From assembly GCF_016433145.1 (NCBI RefSeq), contig NC_058134.1:46929976-46993975 (forward strand): 64,000 nucleotides of DNA. Reading direction: 5' to 3'. Below, one piece after another: positions 23,246 to 35,640 of the stretch. The DNA is from Gracilinanus agilis (lineage: Eukaryota). Under the pieces are notes generated by a model. It saw only the letters and a program-made list of their open reading frames with translations, did no database searches and was not told where the DNA came from. Each line of letters starts with the position of its first letter. Position 1 is the first letter of the stretch. A program made the position numbers and the translations under genes.

Positions 23246-23652
23246 TGTCCTATAAACCTCCAAGTACCCAATGATCTCATTATATTTAGCTTGTAGTAGA
23301 TATAATCAAATCGGAAATACCCTTCTTTATCTTAGAAGTTTCTTCCATTCTCCCAGGGTAGGGAGGCCTTTCCCATGTAGTCCCGCCCTTGGCTGGAATC
23401 CTTCTTCCCCAGCCTCCATGTAAGCCAATCCATCAATTGTCCTTCCCATCCTCTATTCCCTAAAAGGTATAGAAGACCCCCAAGGTCTTTAGTTCCACGG
23501 AAAATCCTGTTCCAGGTGGGGTGTTCGGGAGACTCTTCCCAGAGTGGCAGAGCTTGGTTCTGTGGTGGCCACAGGAGCATCCTCTCCCCTCCCCTGACTA
23601 AAGACTCCTTCTTTGTAGCTAGTTAGTGCTTCTGAGTCTTTCAAGGCTGACT
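23246..23652 (+). mobile_element. Probable degraded LTR about 0.5 kb upstream of the EIF1B promoter
   Basis: CCAAT, an AAAAGGTAT block and a terminal TTCAAGGCTGAC resemble the 29548-30189 LTR. No TSD found; boundaries uncertain. Confidence 0.4.
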
Positions 23653-24456
23653 TCCTCCATGGATCAATCAGCAATAATTTAGTACTTAGTGGGTGCTAAG
23701 CCTTGAGGATACAGGGAAAGGCTTTTTAAAAGATTAAGATATTACTGTTCTCTTTCTTCTGGAATTTTCCTTTAATCGCTTCAGATCTTCCTACATCCCC
23801 AGGGCCCCTTACTTTGTATTATTCCTCCTCCAGTCCATTAGGAGCCCCTGGAGCCCAGGCTGTCTTTTCTTCTGCAGTGTCCATACCCATATGTGCTCCT
23901 ATAATCCCTGCTATCCACTGGCCATTTCCTTCTCCAGCTCATTTTACAGAGGAGGAAACTGAGGTAAATTGAACAATTGGTGTCTTTTGATTAAGATCCT
24001 CTATAAAAAGCCATCTAGTGTGGTGTGCCTGCATCAGAGAAGGCCCGGTGTTCAGAGAGCAGGGAGAGATCCTGGTAGGCCCAAGGAGATGGGACATGTG
24101 GGACGTCTGCATCCGGGCATCCCCCAGCTTGGCTTCCACAGATCAGCCACAGCAGGGGGATAGCTTTGGTCCTCCTGGAGTACAAAGAAGCACCGCCATC
24201 ACCATCAATTAAAAAAAAAAAAAAAAAAAAAGGACTCTTTTCCCCTTTCAACTCCCAATTTTTTGTGTGCCTTCCCCATTAGAATATAATGAATATAATA
24301 TATTAATTAAAAAGAGAATGTAAAGAATATAAACTCCTTGAGGGCAGGGACTGTCTTGAGCTTATTTCTACCTTCAGTCCTTAGAATTAGGCCTGCCAAA
24401 GGGTGTGCTTAAAAGCAGCCCCCCCATCTCTGTCTGTCTTTCTCTCTCCAAATCCA

Positions 24457-24530
24457 CATATATATGTGTATATATATATATATAATATATATATATACAC
24501 ACACAAATCACACATAAGTGTATATATAAA
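24457..24530. repeat. (TA)n/(CA)n compound microsatellite
   Basis: Seen directly; a similar AT-rich tract lies at about 24865-24980. Confidence 0.85.
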
Positions 24531-26292
24531 TATATGGAATATTGTGAGTTTGTGCAGTGTTAAGCTATCAAAACTGAAATTTTTAATAAAATGTAATTTT
24601 TCACATACAGATACATTTAGCAGATTTTTATTCATGTGGGGAATTTGATAATTCATTATCATACATTGAATCAAATGAGCATTTTCTCTCTATTCTTGAG
24701 AATGCCTGGAGGTAGTGAGAGAATAAATGACTTTCCTATGTTGACTTAGCTAGGACGAATCAGGGACAGGACTTGAACTCAGGCTTTTTTGGCTCCAAGG
24801 CTAACCCTCTATCCAATAGACCAAGCTGTCTCTAGGTGCAGAAATAGAAATATAAACAAACAAACAAATATATATATATATAATATGCATACACACATAT
24901 ATACCTATTTCTCTTTATATATATCTACATGTCTACATATACATGTAACACATGTATATGAAGAAATATGTATATTTATGAAACAAGGTTCAGGGAAGTC
25001 AGCCTGCGATGATGCTGGCTGATCAGGGAGAAAAGTCTGCCTTTGGGGCATGGAGTCATTCAGCCCGAAGGTCAGAGAAGAGGCAGCCAGGGCTGGGTGT
25101 GAGGGGGGGAGCCTGTTCTGTGATGTGGCTTCAGGCAGACCCAGAGAAGCTTCCATGGCAAGGCTTGCATAAGCAGAATCTCTTGAAGCAAAGCACTGGA
25201 TCGAGGTATGGCCAGGCGATGGAGGATTTTCTTTGTCTACAGGCATATATTTTCGGCCCGTCCTTTCCATTTCCCATAGTAAATGTTCCTGAATAGAAAT
25301 TCCCTAGTGTGGATGAAATTTCATCATGGTAAAAATTCACTTGGGCAAAATGTAATAGAATTTTGCAATGATGAGAAAAGTCAGAATGAATTCACCCTCT
25401 TTCATGGAACCTGCTTATAATGGAAACGTCCAGGAAAGATGCCAAGGTCTTTGGCTATAAAATCCTTTTGCAGTTACCAGATTTACTATCTGCCTTTATG
25501 TAAAAAAGGCCAGTGTTCTGCAGGGCAAAATGTATGAAGGCAAGAGATCTGACCTATTTTTCCTATCCAATTTTGTGTTACCATATAGATAGCCATATAT
25601 ATTCTTTATTTAACAATTCATTATTTCTCCAGTTAACATGCATTTATTTTTTTCCATTTCTACTTCCTCCTGCCTCCGTTGAAGAATTAAAAAAAAAATA
25701 CTTATAACATATGCGGTCAAGCCATACAAATATCCATATGGGCCATATCCAAAAACATGTATTTATCTTTCTTGCTTTTAAGTCTATTATCTTTTGGTTA
25801 GGAAGTGAAGTGCTTGCTTCATCTTTGTTTCTCTGGAAGCAGACTTTGTCATTGCCTAGATCAGAACACGCATTTCTTCCATTTAAAAAAAAGGATCATT
25901 TTCTTTAGAAAGACAGAATGGGTTTGTGGAAAGAAACAATATCCACTCCAAGTGAGGAAAGACCTGATTTCAAATGCCACCTCTGAAACTAACCGATTTT
26001 GTAACCATGGGTAAATCACTTAATTTCACAGAGCCTCAGTTTCCCTTAGAAGGTAATATCCAGTGCAAATAACCAATATTTGGGAGAAGTTCAAATGAAA
26101 TAAATGGAAAGCATGGTACAAATCTTAAAGCATTTTATGTATATCAATTATTATTATATTCCATTGTAAACCATTGGTTTGATATAATCATTCAATATAG
26201 ACTTTTAAAAGAATTTTTTGGACCCAATGCATGATTTCAACAGTATAGTGAGTCCCTGTTAAAGGGAAATGGACGCCTGACCTTTAAGTTAG

Positions 26293-26480
26293 TTGTTTGT
26301 TTTTTAAACCCTTACCTTCTGTCTTAGAATCGATACTGTGTATTGTGTAAGGGCTAGGCAATAGGGGTTAAGTGACTTGGCCAGGGTCACACAGCTGGGA
26401 AGTGTCTGAGGCCAGATTTGAACCCAGGACCTCCCATCTCAAGGCCTGGCTCTCAATCCACTGAGCTACCCAGCTGCCCC
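26293..26480 (-). mobile_element. SINE1_Mdo-type SINE
   Basis: Ends in CTGAGCTACCCAGCTGCCCC; full core. Confidence 0.88.
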
Positions 26481-27479
26481 CTCAAGTTAGGTCTTTTTAA
26501 AATGTGGCTGGAAGCACTGAGAATTTAAGCCAGGATGTGTCAGAGGCAGGACTTGAACCCAGGTCTTTCTGACAGTCAGGTCAACCCTCTGTCCACTAAA
26601 TTACATCATACTGCTCCCTTTAAAATAGGCCACCTTAATCCCACAGTCCCTTAAGTGGATGTAACTCTAAATGGAGCATGATGAAATAAACTATAGAAAG
26701 TGTGCCTTGGGGTTTTGAATGTTAGTGTGTAATAGAGCTACATTAAGAAAATTTATGGAATAGGCCGAGAACATGCTACTGGAAACAGTTATCTCTATGG
26801 TAAAAAGTAAGAAAATAAGAACCCTCACTGTCATTGCAACCCTGGCTCTATCTCCTGCTTCTCAGCATAACCTTGGAACACTAACGCAGGGATGCATCAT
26901 CCAGAATTTCCTCCATAAAGCCTTGCTACAAGTGGCTCTATTTAAAATAAAGTGATTTTCAATGGGAATACTTTGCCTATACGGTGATGGGCAGTCAGTA
27001 AACTTATCTCACCTTTGAAGAAGGAAGGGAGACGCCTCTTGGCATCCCTTCTGGATCCTTCACCTCAGCTACCAGGCTGCCTGATCTCCGGAACAAATGA
27101 ACTAATTTCTGGGAGCCAGAATCGTCTTTGGCCACTAGCAGTACTCATGTCTGAGCGCTCTTTTAGAGGAGTGAAAAAAGTGGGGGATATACTGCTTCCT
27201 GTTCTCCTGGTGGCAGAGAAAACCATCCCTCCATTTGCTTTATTTCTGGTAGCCTGCTCTCTCCTCTATCATGGTAACACTGGCACCACCAGTAAGATTC
27301 TGTAATTACATGTCCCTGTTCATTACATTCGCTGTCTAATCTCTCCTATTAGACTGCCTCCTTTAAGCCTGAGAGCAGGGAAGTGTCCTTTAACACAGGC
27401 AAGAAAGAGCCCTGGGCAAAGCTAATTACAATAGAAATGGGATTTGACTCATTGAGAGATTCTAAAAGATATGTTATTT

Positions 27480-27622
27480 NNNNNNNNNNNNNNNNNNNNN
27501 NNNNNNNNNNNNNNNNNNNNNNNNNNNNNNNNNNNNNNNNNNNNNNNNNNNNNNNNNNNNNNNNNNNNNNNNNNNNNNNNNNNNNNNNNNNNNNNNNNNN
27601 NNNNNNNNNNNNNNNNNNNNNN
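27480..27622. other. Assembly gap (143 N)
   Basis: N run. Confidence 1.
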
Positions 27623-27730
27623 CTTCATCTCTCTCTCTCTGTGTCTCTTCATCTCTCTTCATCTCTGTCTCTGTCTCTCTCTCTATCTCCTGCCCCCCAT
27701 TCTGTCTCTGTCTCTTATAGATAGATAAAT
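27623..27730. repeat. CT-rich simple repeat abutting a gap
   Basis: (CTCTGT/CTCT)n-like run. Confidence 0.8.
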
Positions 27731-29547
27731 AGTTATGTATGTATATAAATTTAGGGTGATAGTGAATTTTTACACTGAACAGAATACACGGCAAAAGTCA
27801 AGGGTTTATGTCTTGCAACTATGTATGATAATGTCAGACCAGGAAAGCTTTGAGGAGAGATCTTGTCCTTTTCTCTTCTCTTCTCTTCTCTTCTGGACCA
27901 CAGATTCATTTGCACACCCATCAAAGGAGTCCTCAGCCTCCACATCAATGTTGTGATGTTTTTCTGGCAGAGCCTGATTGATGATGGGGACACAGGATCC
28001 TAATCAGTGATGAAAGGGGAATTAAAATAAATTTTCCACCCTAAGTCAAATAGTTGTTTGGGACCTTGGATTTCAAATCAGTTCTAGGCACCGTCAGACA
28101 ACAAGAAGTGTTTGACACTAGAATATTCTGCTGATTGCTTGGCTTAGAATTGTAGCTTTTAGATCTTGAGGATGAATGAAAAGAACTTTAGCTCTTCCCA
28201 TTAGGGAGAGACATTCCAGTTACTGTAGCCCAGCTGAGTAGGGAACAGCAGCTGGATGCCCTGAAGCCCAGCAGATGGTGGTAGAGAGCAGCTACAATAA
28301 GATCCAGTTGGAGATGACCAGCAGAGAGGACATGATGCTGAGGAGAGATGATGCACCCAACAGAGGGATGTGCACCGTGATGTCACCAGAGGACATCTGC
28401 GTCAGGACTTGGCCTGGGAGCTGGTCTGGCCGCATGTGTAACTTGGTCCTGCGTTTCTCTCTTCGGTCCTTCCCCAAGGGTGGACTGGCCACAAAGGGAC
28501 CCAAAGGAGACACTCTCCAGTCCTCCCTGGGTTTGCCTTTGCCCCGGATTCTGATGGGCCATTTCGCTAATGTTTCCTGGCCACACATAATGCCTGTGTG
28601 CCACGCATGTTCCTCAGTTATGGGCGATCATGGCCTGCTGGTGGTGGGAAGTTGTATCTCATGCAAGTACAGAGAAGAATCTCTTCTAGTCACTTAGTTC
28701 TGCTGTTTGATTGAGTGGCTTTGTATTCTGAAGGAATGGATCTTCTGGCTGGCTGACCAACAGAAATACATCAACAGGTGCTCATGAGCTTCAGTTTTGA
28801 GTTGATGTTGACCTGCAAAATGCCTCCCACCTGCTGTAGCTTTTCTGAGGGACAAGTGAAGGCACTCCAAGGGCTAACAAGTGTGAAAACAGAGAAGAAC
28901 ACGTTTCCTTCCTCAGGACTGCAAATGTATCATGCTTTATTCTTTGATTAAAGTGTTCCATAGGAAAGAGTTGGCTGAACTTGGTTCCCTAGAATGAAAT
29001 GCCAGACTTAAGAAACAAGCCTGTGAAATACAAAAAACAATTTCCCTTATTAAAGATAATTAATGAACACAAATCCAGGGGAAATGATTTAGGGAAAAAA
29101 TTGGTAGAGATTGGCTTGAATGATAAACTAAGGCTAATTAATTTGTGAATTATTCTTTTTCAACTGCCTAACTTTAATGGAACAAAAGATCTGGACATCG
29201 TTATAAGTTGACATGAATCCTATAAGATGAATAAATAAAAATGATGTCATAAATGCTAAATTGTATTCTAGGAATTTAGAAAAGAGGGAGAATTAACAAA
29301 ATTTTATTAAGCCGCCATATTGTTTAGAGCATTGTGGTAGAGGCTAAGTGAAACCCAGAGACAGCTCATTTTGATTGTATAATAAACCTTTATTACTTGT
29401 CATGTTCATGGAAGCATGGTAGGTATGGGAAATGCAAAAAAAAGCAAACTGCTTTCAAAGACCTTCCTGAATTAATGGTGTATGTATGGGATAGAAGGAG
29501 TTTGGACTTGGAGTCAGCCTCTCTAGGTAGGAATTATACCTTAGATG

Positions 29548-30189
29548 TGTCAACATGGAATCTAGAATCCCCCAAATTTGTAGCCTAGATCGGATGAACC
29601 CCAAGTTTTAGGATTAGCTTGTAAAATGGAGACTCCAAAGTTGGTCCTTGTTCCCTAGAGAATTCACCCTGGATGAAACCTCAGGCTAGCAGTTTCACAC
29701 TGAATAATGTACCCTAAAGTAAATTACAATCCCAGTTAGGTGGGGCTAAGCAAATGCTAAGTACCCTTTTTGTCTTAGGTAGTCTTCCCCATTGTATCAG
29801 AGACCCTTTCCCAAGAAGACCCACACCTGGGCAGGGACCACCCTTTTAGCATCCATAGTAGGTAGCCCCTTCCCTGACACCCTAGCCTAGCTATGACTCC
29901 TTTCCCAAACTTGATTATACTCTGTCAGTATAGTGTGAACACTCCCAATTCCTGGTAGCCATGGTAATGTCGATCAATCCTATTTCCCTGTCCCTCAGTT
30001 TCCCAAAAGGTATGTAAGTTCCCCAAATTCCTTTGTTTCTTGGAGTTGTCAATCTATCGAGGTTGGCTGTCCCAGGGGTAGCCTGCAGCTCTGTGTGGAG
30101 GCCTTGAGGAAAGCCCTGAACCCCTTTCCTTAATTAAAGAGTGGCGTTTCTGACTATTTAATAGTTCTGTGTTTTTTTCCAAGTTGACA
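29548..30189 (+). mobile_element. Solo LTR (642 bp) inserted in a MIR
   Basis: Termini TGTCAAC...GTTGACA (7-bp inverted repeat); TSD GATG at 29544-29547 and 30190-30193; ATTAAA near the 3' end; MIR core continues across the insertion. Confidence 0.9.
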
Positions 30190-30589
30190 GATGCTTACTA
30201 GCTGTGAGCTTACTAGCTGTGAGGGCAAGTCTCCTAACTTCCCAAGAGCTTCCAATTTCTTCATCTATAAAATGGGTATCCAGGTACTACCTAGCTAAAA
30301 GATTTGCTATGAGAAGCACATCACAAACCTAAACATTTCATGCAAAGTTTTGTTATTATCAGCTACTTATTAAGTAACTACTGTGTGCAAGAGGCACCAT
30401 TTTGGCCACTGGAGACATAAAAATAGAAAAACAAACTCTTTAGCACTGAGGAAGGATTATGGAGGAAAGAGAGCTCTCTTAGTTCCTGCCCCATGTAGAA
30501 TAAGATTAGAAGCTGCCTTTACATCAGGGGTTCATTTAGTAATTTTGATACCTTCTCCCCTCAAAAAAGAGAAAAAGGAAAGCACTGCG

Positions 30590-30790
30590 TGGCTCAGTGG
30601 ACTGAGAGCCAGGTCTAGAGACAGGAGGTCCTGGGTTCAAATCTGCCCTCAGACACTTCCTAGCTGGTGTACCTGGGCAAGTTACTTAAGCCCCATTGCC
30701 TAGTCCTTACCACTCTTCTGCCTTAAAATTAATACACAGCATTGATTCTAAGACAAAATGTAAGGGTTTAAAAAAAACAAACAAACAACC
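30590..30790 (+). mobile_element. SINE1_Mdo-type SINE
   Basis: GTGGCTCAGTGGACTGAGAGCCAGGTCTAGAG head; A-rich tail. Confidence 0.8.
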
Positions 30791-30893
30791 AAAAACAAAG
30801 GGGTAAGTAAAGAGGGTCTATTTTTTTTTAATGAAAAAAGGACAGGTAGTCAGCTTTGAAACTGAGTTGAATTATGCTTTAAAACCCTCAACA

Positions 30894-31735
30894 GGGGCAG
30901 CTGGGTAGCTCAGTGGAGTGAGAGCCAGGCCTAGAGACGGGAGGTTGTGTAAATAGAATTAGCTCCAGCCCATTAATAGTCAAAATTCTACTCAACCCAG
31001 GCGTGCTAATGATGTCACTCCCACCTCCCTTAGTGGGGAGGGGAGACGAGTTACCCACACGTGACAATAAGTAACAAATCAAGAATAAGGGACTACCCTT
31101 TGGGCAGTCCAAATCAATGTAGAAACTGCCATTTGTCCATTTGAATTAGAGGTGGACCACAGGAAGTGATGACAGACATGATCTCTTTAAGTAAGTTAGT
31201 GAACTTCCTGTGGGGGCAGTTGCCCTCTCGAACTGGGAGCAGAAGCATCTCCTGAGACCACAGACAGATTACGCTCTATATTGTCATGTGGGTAAGTTAG
31301 GCTGACTTCCTTGGCCTAGCTGGGCCAGTTCTAAACTCTGCCTATCTGGCTGTTGGGCCTTGTGGCTTACAGCTTCATTTATTTAGCCTTTTAACCTTCT
31401 CTCTCCGTCCAGGCCTTTGGCCTGGACTAGCCTCTCCCTTTCTCTTATTCCTACTTTTTACCTACCAGATTGTAAATAAACTCCTCAACCCGATGCTGAC
31501 TTGGGTCTGATTTAATTACGGAATCAACCTGAATTGTTGATTCCTGGAGGCTACACATTTATATATATATATATCTATAAATACCTAATTTTCCCTCTTA
31601 CAAGGTCCTAGGTTCAAACCTGGCCTCAGCCACTTCCCAGCTGTGTGACCCTGGGCCCACCCTTACCAATCTTCCACCTATGAGACAATACACCAAAGTA
31701 CAAGGGTTTAAAAAACAAAAAACAAACAAACAAAA
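30894..31735 (+). mobile_element. SINE1_Mdo-type SINE split by the 30946-31602 LTR
   Basis: GGGGCAGCTGGGTAGCTCAGTGG head; A-rich tail; 13-bp TSD AAAACCCTCAACA at 30881-30893 and 31736-31748. Confidence 0.9.
30946..31602 (+). mobile_element. Solo LTR (657 bp, ERV1-like) inserted in a SINE1_Mdo-type SINE
   Basis: TG...CA ends; TSD AGGT at 30942-30945 and 31603-31606; AATAAA at about 31476; 9-bp hairpin stem GGAATCAAC/GTTGATTCC at 31520-31544. Confidence 0.92.
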
Positions 31736-34699
31736 AAAACCCTCAACAAACTATGTAATAGAGATTCACAGTTGCATATACATTGCTCTTTTTCTCTTGG
31801 TTTTTAGAAATGTTCATGGATGTTTATGTTGGCAAGTTGAGAATAGCAAACATTTAAATGAAAACTGTGAAAAAAAAATCTAGTTCAATGTTTGTTTGAA
31901 CTCCCTGTCTCCTCCACTTCCTCTCCCTACCTGGTACACTGACTTTCTTGACTCTCAAGGCCACCATTTCCCCTTTCCCATTCCTTTTCCCTTGTTCCTC
32001 CCTCTCTGATGACAGTAGAGATTCCTGGACATTCTATTCCCTTTATCTCCTCAATGCCCAGCACAATTCCTTGCACAGAGTCAGTATCTGGGGATGGAAT
32101 TCAGTAACAATTCACGTTGGAATAGCATTTTCAAGTTTTCATTTCCCTTACATCAACCTTTTAGCTGCCCAGCTGCTACCATTTTGATTCCCCTCAAACT
32201 CCTTTTCTAATTCACTGAGGAAACCCCCTGTGTGAGATACAATCTTCCCACCAAGGTGTGAACTAGGATATTTCCATACTACCTACTATGTGCTAGGCAC
32301 TGTGTGCTAAGCGCTTTACAAATATTATCTCATTCAATCCAAACAAAAACTCTAGGAGGGTTGCTATTATTTTCATTTTTCATTTGAAAAAACTAAGTTA
32401 AGTGGAGTTTAATCACTTCTAGGATCACACAGCTAGTATCTGAGGTGGGATTTAAACTCGGGTCTTCTTGATTTCTGAGTCCTACACCACACCTTCTGTA
32501 GTCTGATGAAGCATATCAATACCTTCTTAGAAGATTAATAATTGAGGGAAATGCTAAAATTCAATTAGAGGTTAGAAAATTAAAATGATTTTTTTCTCTA
32601 TCCAAGTTCATGAACTCTTTGCAGCTCTCCATGGGTCTCCAGACCTCAAGTGAACTCATCTTGAAGTAGGGGGATCAGGAAATGTTTCCCACAAGAGATA
32701 GCACCTGAGCTGTTCCTGGAAGGCAGGCAGGGGTGTGCTGGAGTCAGTGTCACCAGGCTGATGGTTAATTTTCAGTGTGAGCATTTATACACCAGAAATC
32801 ACAAACACTACAATCCAGAGCTTTATGTGATGAAGAAATTGTGAATGATGCAAAGGCTTGGAGTCTGGAGACTGAATGCTGAAGTAAAGACCGAGTGAAG
32901 CAGTTTGGCTGGATCACAAGACTTCTGCAAGGGAGTCGGACGAAAATACCCAGAAAGGTAGGTAGATAGGAAGCAAATTTTATCATAGAGGCAGTAAAGT
33001 TTCTTGATCAGGGAAATGATGTGGTCAGACATGATCTTTGGGGAGATTTTTTTCCATAATTGAGTGGAGGATGGATTGGAGAGATAATGAGGGCCCAAAC
33101 CAGAGAGGTGGCTTTCTAAGTGTGAAATGGAGAGGAGACTTTCATTGTGCTCTCTAGACCGTCTTTCACTCATTTTTTAAAAATAAAATTTTTATTGATT
33201 TTTTTTGTTTGTTTTTATATTACCTAGATTTTCCACTGTGTCCTTCCCCTAACTGCCTTTCAGAAAGCCGTTATTCAGCCATTTTTCAGACATGCCTGAT
33301 TCTTTATGAACTCATTTGGGGATTTCTTGGTAAAAATACTGGGGTGGTTTGCTATTTCCTTCTCCAGCTTATTTTACGCTGAAGAAACTGAGGCAAACAG
33401 GGTGAAGTGACTTGCCCAGAAAGCCAAATCTTATGACAAAGAACAAAAAAGAGGGGGCAAAAACCAGTATAGTAAGTCCTTTTAGTCAAGTGAATGCCCT
33501 AATCCTCTGTAAGGGTAGAAGCCCTTTCAAACAAATTTGCCAGTCCTTAGGGGTTTACTCCAATTGCATCCCCGTCCTTAGAGATGATTGGTTTATTCTA
33601 GCCCGATTTAGATTACATTCACACCTAGCAGAAGGCAGGCATCTTTCAAGAGGAGATCATTTTTCACCTTTACTTGGAGTAAGCTCATTTGCACCTTGTA
33701 AACTTTAAGAAGCTTCCAAGTGTCTCATTTGTTGATGAAAAGGCCAAGCAAGGTAATGAGCTTGCTCCCAACACACACATTCCCTCAAAGAGCCATCATT
33801 TGCAGAGACTATCAGATGAAATCTATAGTTTAAAAAACTAGGGAACTCTGAACTCCAGAACTATTTGGTGATTATAGGCTAATGGCCATTGCCTGGTTAT
33901 GACTTTGAATACAGAGATGAAAATTTGGGAAATATAATGGATGGTCACTATAGTTTGGGTCAGGTTTCTCCCCAAGGGATCCTAGCCAAGAACCAGGAAA
34001 GGCTGTTGAAAATGCAACAGATTTGTACCCAGGAGTTCAAACCCAGGTTTGAGGTTGAAGTGTTGTTTTTTAAATTTCTATTCTTGCTATGCTATTTGAA
34101 TAAATGGCTCTGCTAAGCCCTAATTAAGGCTGTTGGCTGATTGTTAACGTGGAACCCACCAAAGGACACCCAGGAGCTAGTGTTAAGAGCAGCTACTTAA
34201 AATATTGTTCTTAGAGTCAAAGGGAGTTCTTGAAGGTTGAGGAAGTAACCCTAGAGAATGATTCATAAAACAAATACATTACAAAAAATTCATCCTTATC
34301 AGCACCCATATTCCCTGTTTTGGATGGAGTAGGGTAGTACCTTCATTTTAAGCCAAGCTTAGTCATTTTAACATTTCAGATTTATTTTTGATTGTTTAGT
34401 TATTGTTAATTTTGCTTATATTGTTGCAGACATTGTACATACTGTTATCCTAGTTTTACTTATTTCACTTTGCATCAGTTCATATCTTCTCAGGTTTCTC
34501 TGAACTTATATTATTTATTGTTTCTTGCAGTACAGTAATATTCTTTTGTGTGTACCACAATTGGCTTAGATATTTTATATATTTTTACCTATAAACCAAT
34601 AAATGACTCACCAGTTATTAATTAAGGAACTCCTTTTCATCTGAAACCATTTCTTTTCACATTCTATCGCCAGGGACTTGGGAATGACAAGTTTTCTTC

Positions 34700-35640
34700 T
34701 AAAGACAATTTGTTCTCTGCCCCCTCTGCAGAGCATTCTGTCTATTTTTCATATCCCAGACATTGTTCCAAGAGGAAGAACTGGACTTCTTACTGCATTT
34801 TCAGAACTTCTCTCTGTTACCATTACTCATCAACCTCTTCTTTGAAATTCAATCCATCTGTCTCTATTACTGTCCTTATTCTTTTTTTTTTAGCCTACAA
34901 ACCACATTTCCCTCTTTCCAATGTGTTCACTACAGGAACCCAGACCTTCTCTTCATCATCTCTTCTGTCTTCATCCTTGGTGTCTCCAGTGCTCCAACTG
35001 ATGTACGTTGGAATATTCTAGCCTTCCAGTTTATTGATTTGCTTAACCCCCTCAACCTCCCTCTCTACTCTATCTAAACTACCCACCTTACGATCACTGT
35101 TTCAATTCCCAGTTTGTAATTCTGGTCTCCGGTGACAATATCACATCATTCTTCCTCTCCCATTACTTCACTCCTCCCAAGACTCCTATCCTTTCCCCCT
35201 TCCTCAAATTCCCAAAGGAGAGAGAACAGCCTGCTCTGGCCTCATTTTCCTATAATCTTTTTTTTTTTTAAAGTCCTCACCTTCTATCTTGGAGTCAATA
35301 CTGAGTATTGGTTCCTAGGCAGAAGAGTGGTAAGGGTAGGCAATGGGGGTCAAGTGACTTGCCCAGGGTCACACAACTGGGAAGTGTCTGAGGCCAGATT
35401 TGAGCCTAGAACCTCTCATCTCTAGGCCTGGCTCTCAATCCACTGAGCTACCCGGCTGCCCCCATTTTCCTATAATCTTGGACTTGCAGTTAACCAGTTT
35501 GTCAAGGCACCCTCCATTAGCCTGCTCTTCCTTGATCCCTTGCCCTTTGACCAATTATGCTCTGCTAGTTTTCATTCATGTGCTATATCTACTATTCCCC
35601 TTCCATGTACCTATTCCCAAGCTTCAAAACCCTCTTTAAG
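34700..35640 (+). mobile_element. L2 fragment interrupted by a SINE
   Basis: Pyrimidine-rich L2 ORF2-like sequence on both sides of 35260-35462. Confidence 0.55.
35260..35462 (-). mobile_element. SINE1_Mdo-type SINE
   Basis: 17-bp TSD CATTTTCCTATAATCTT at 35243-35259 and 35463-35479. Confidence 0.92.
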
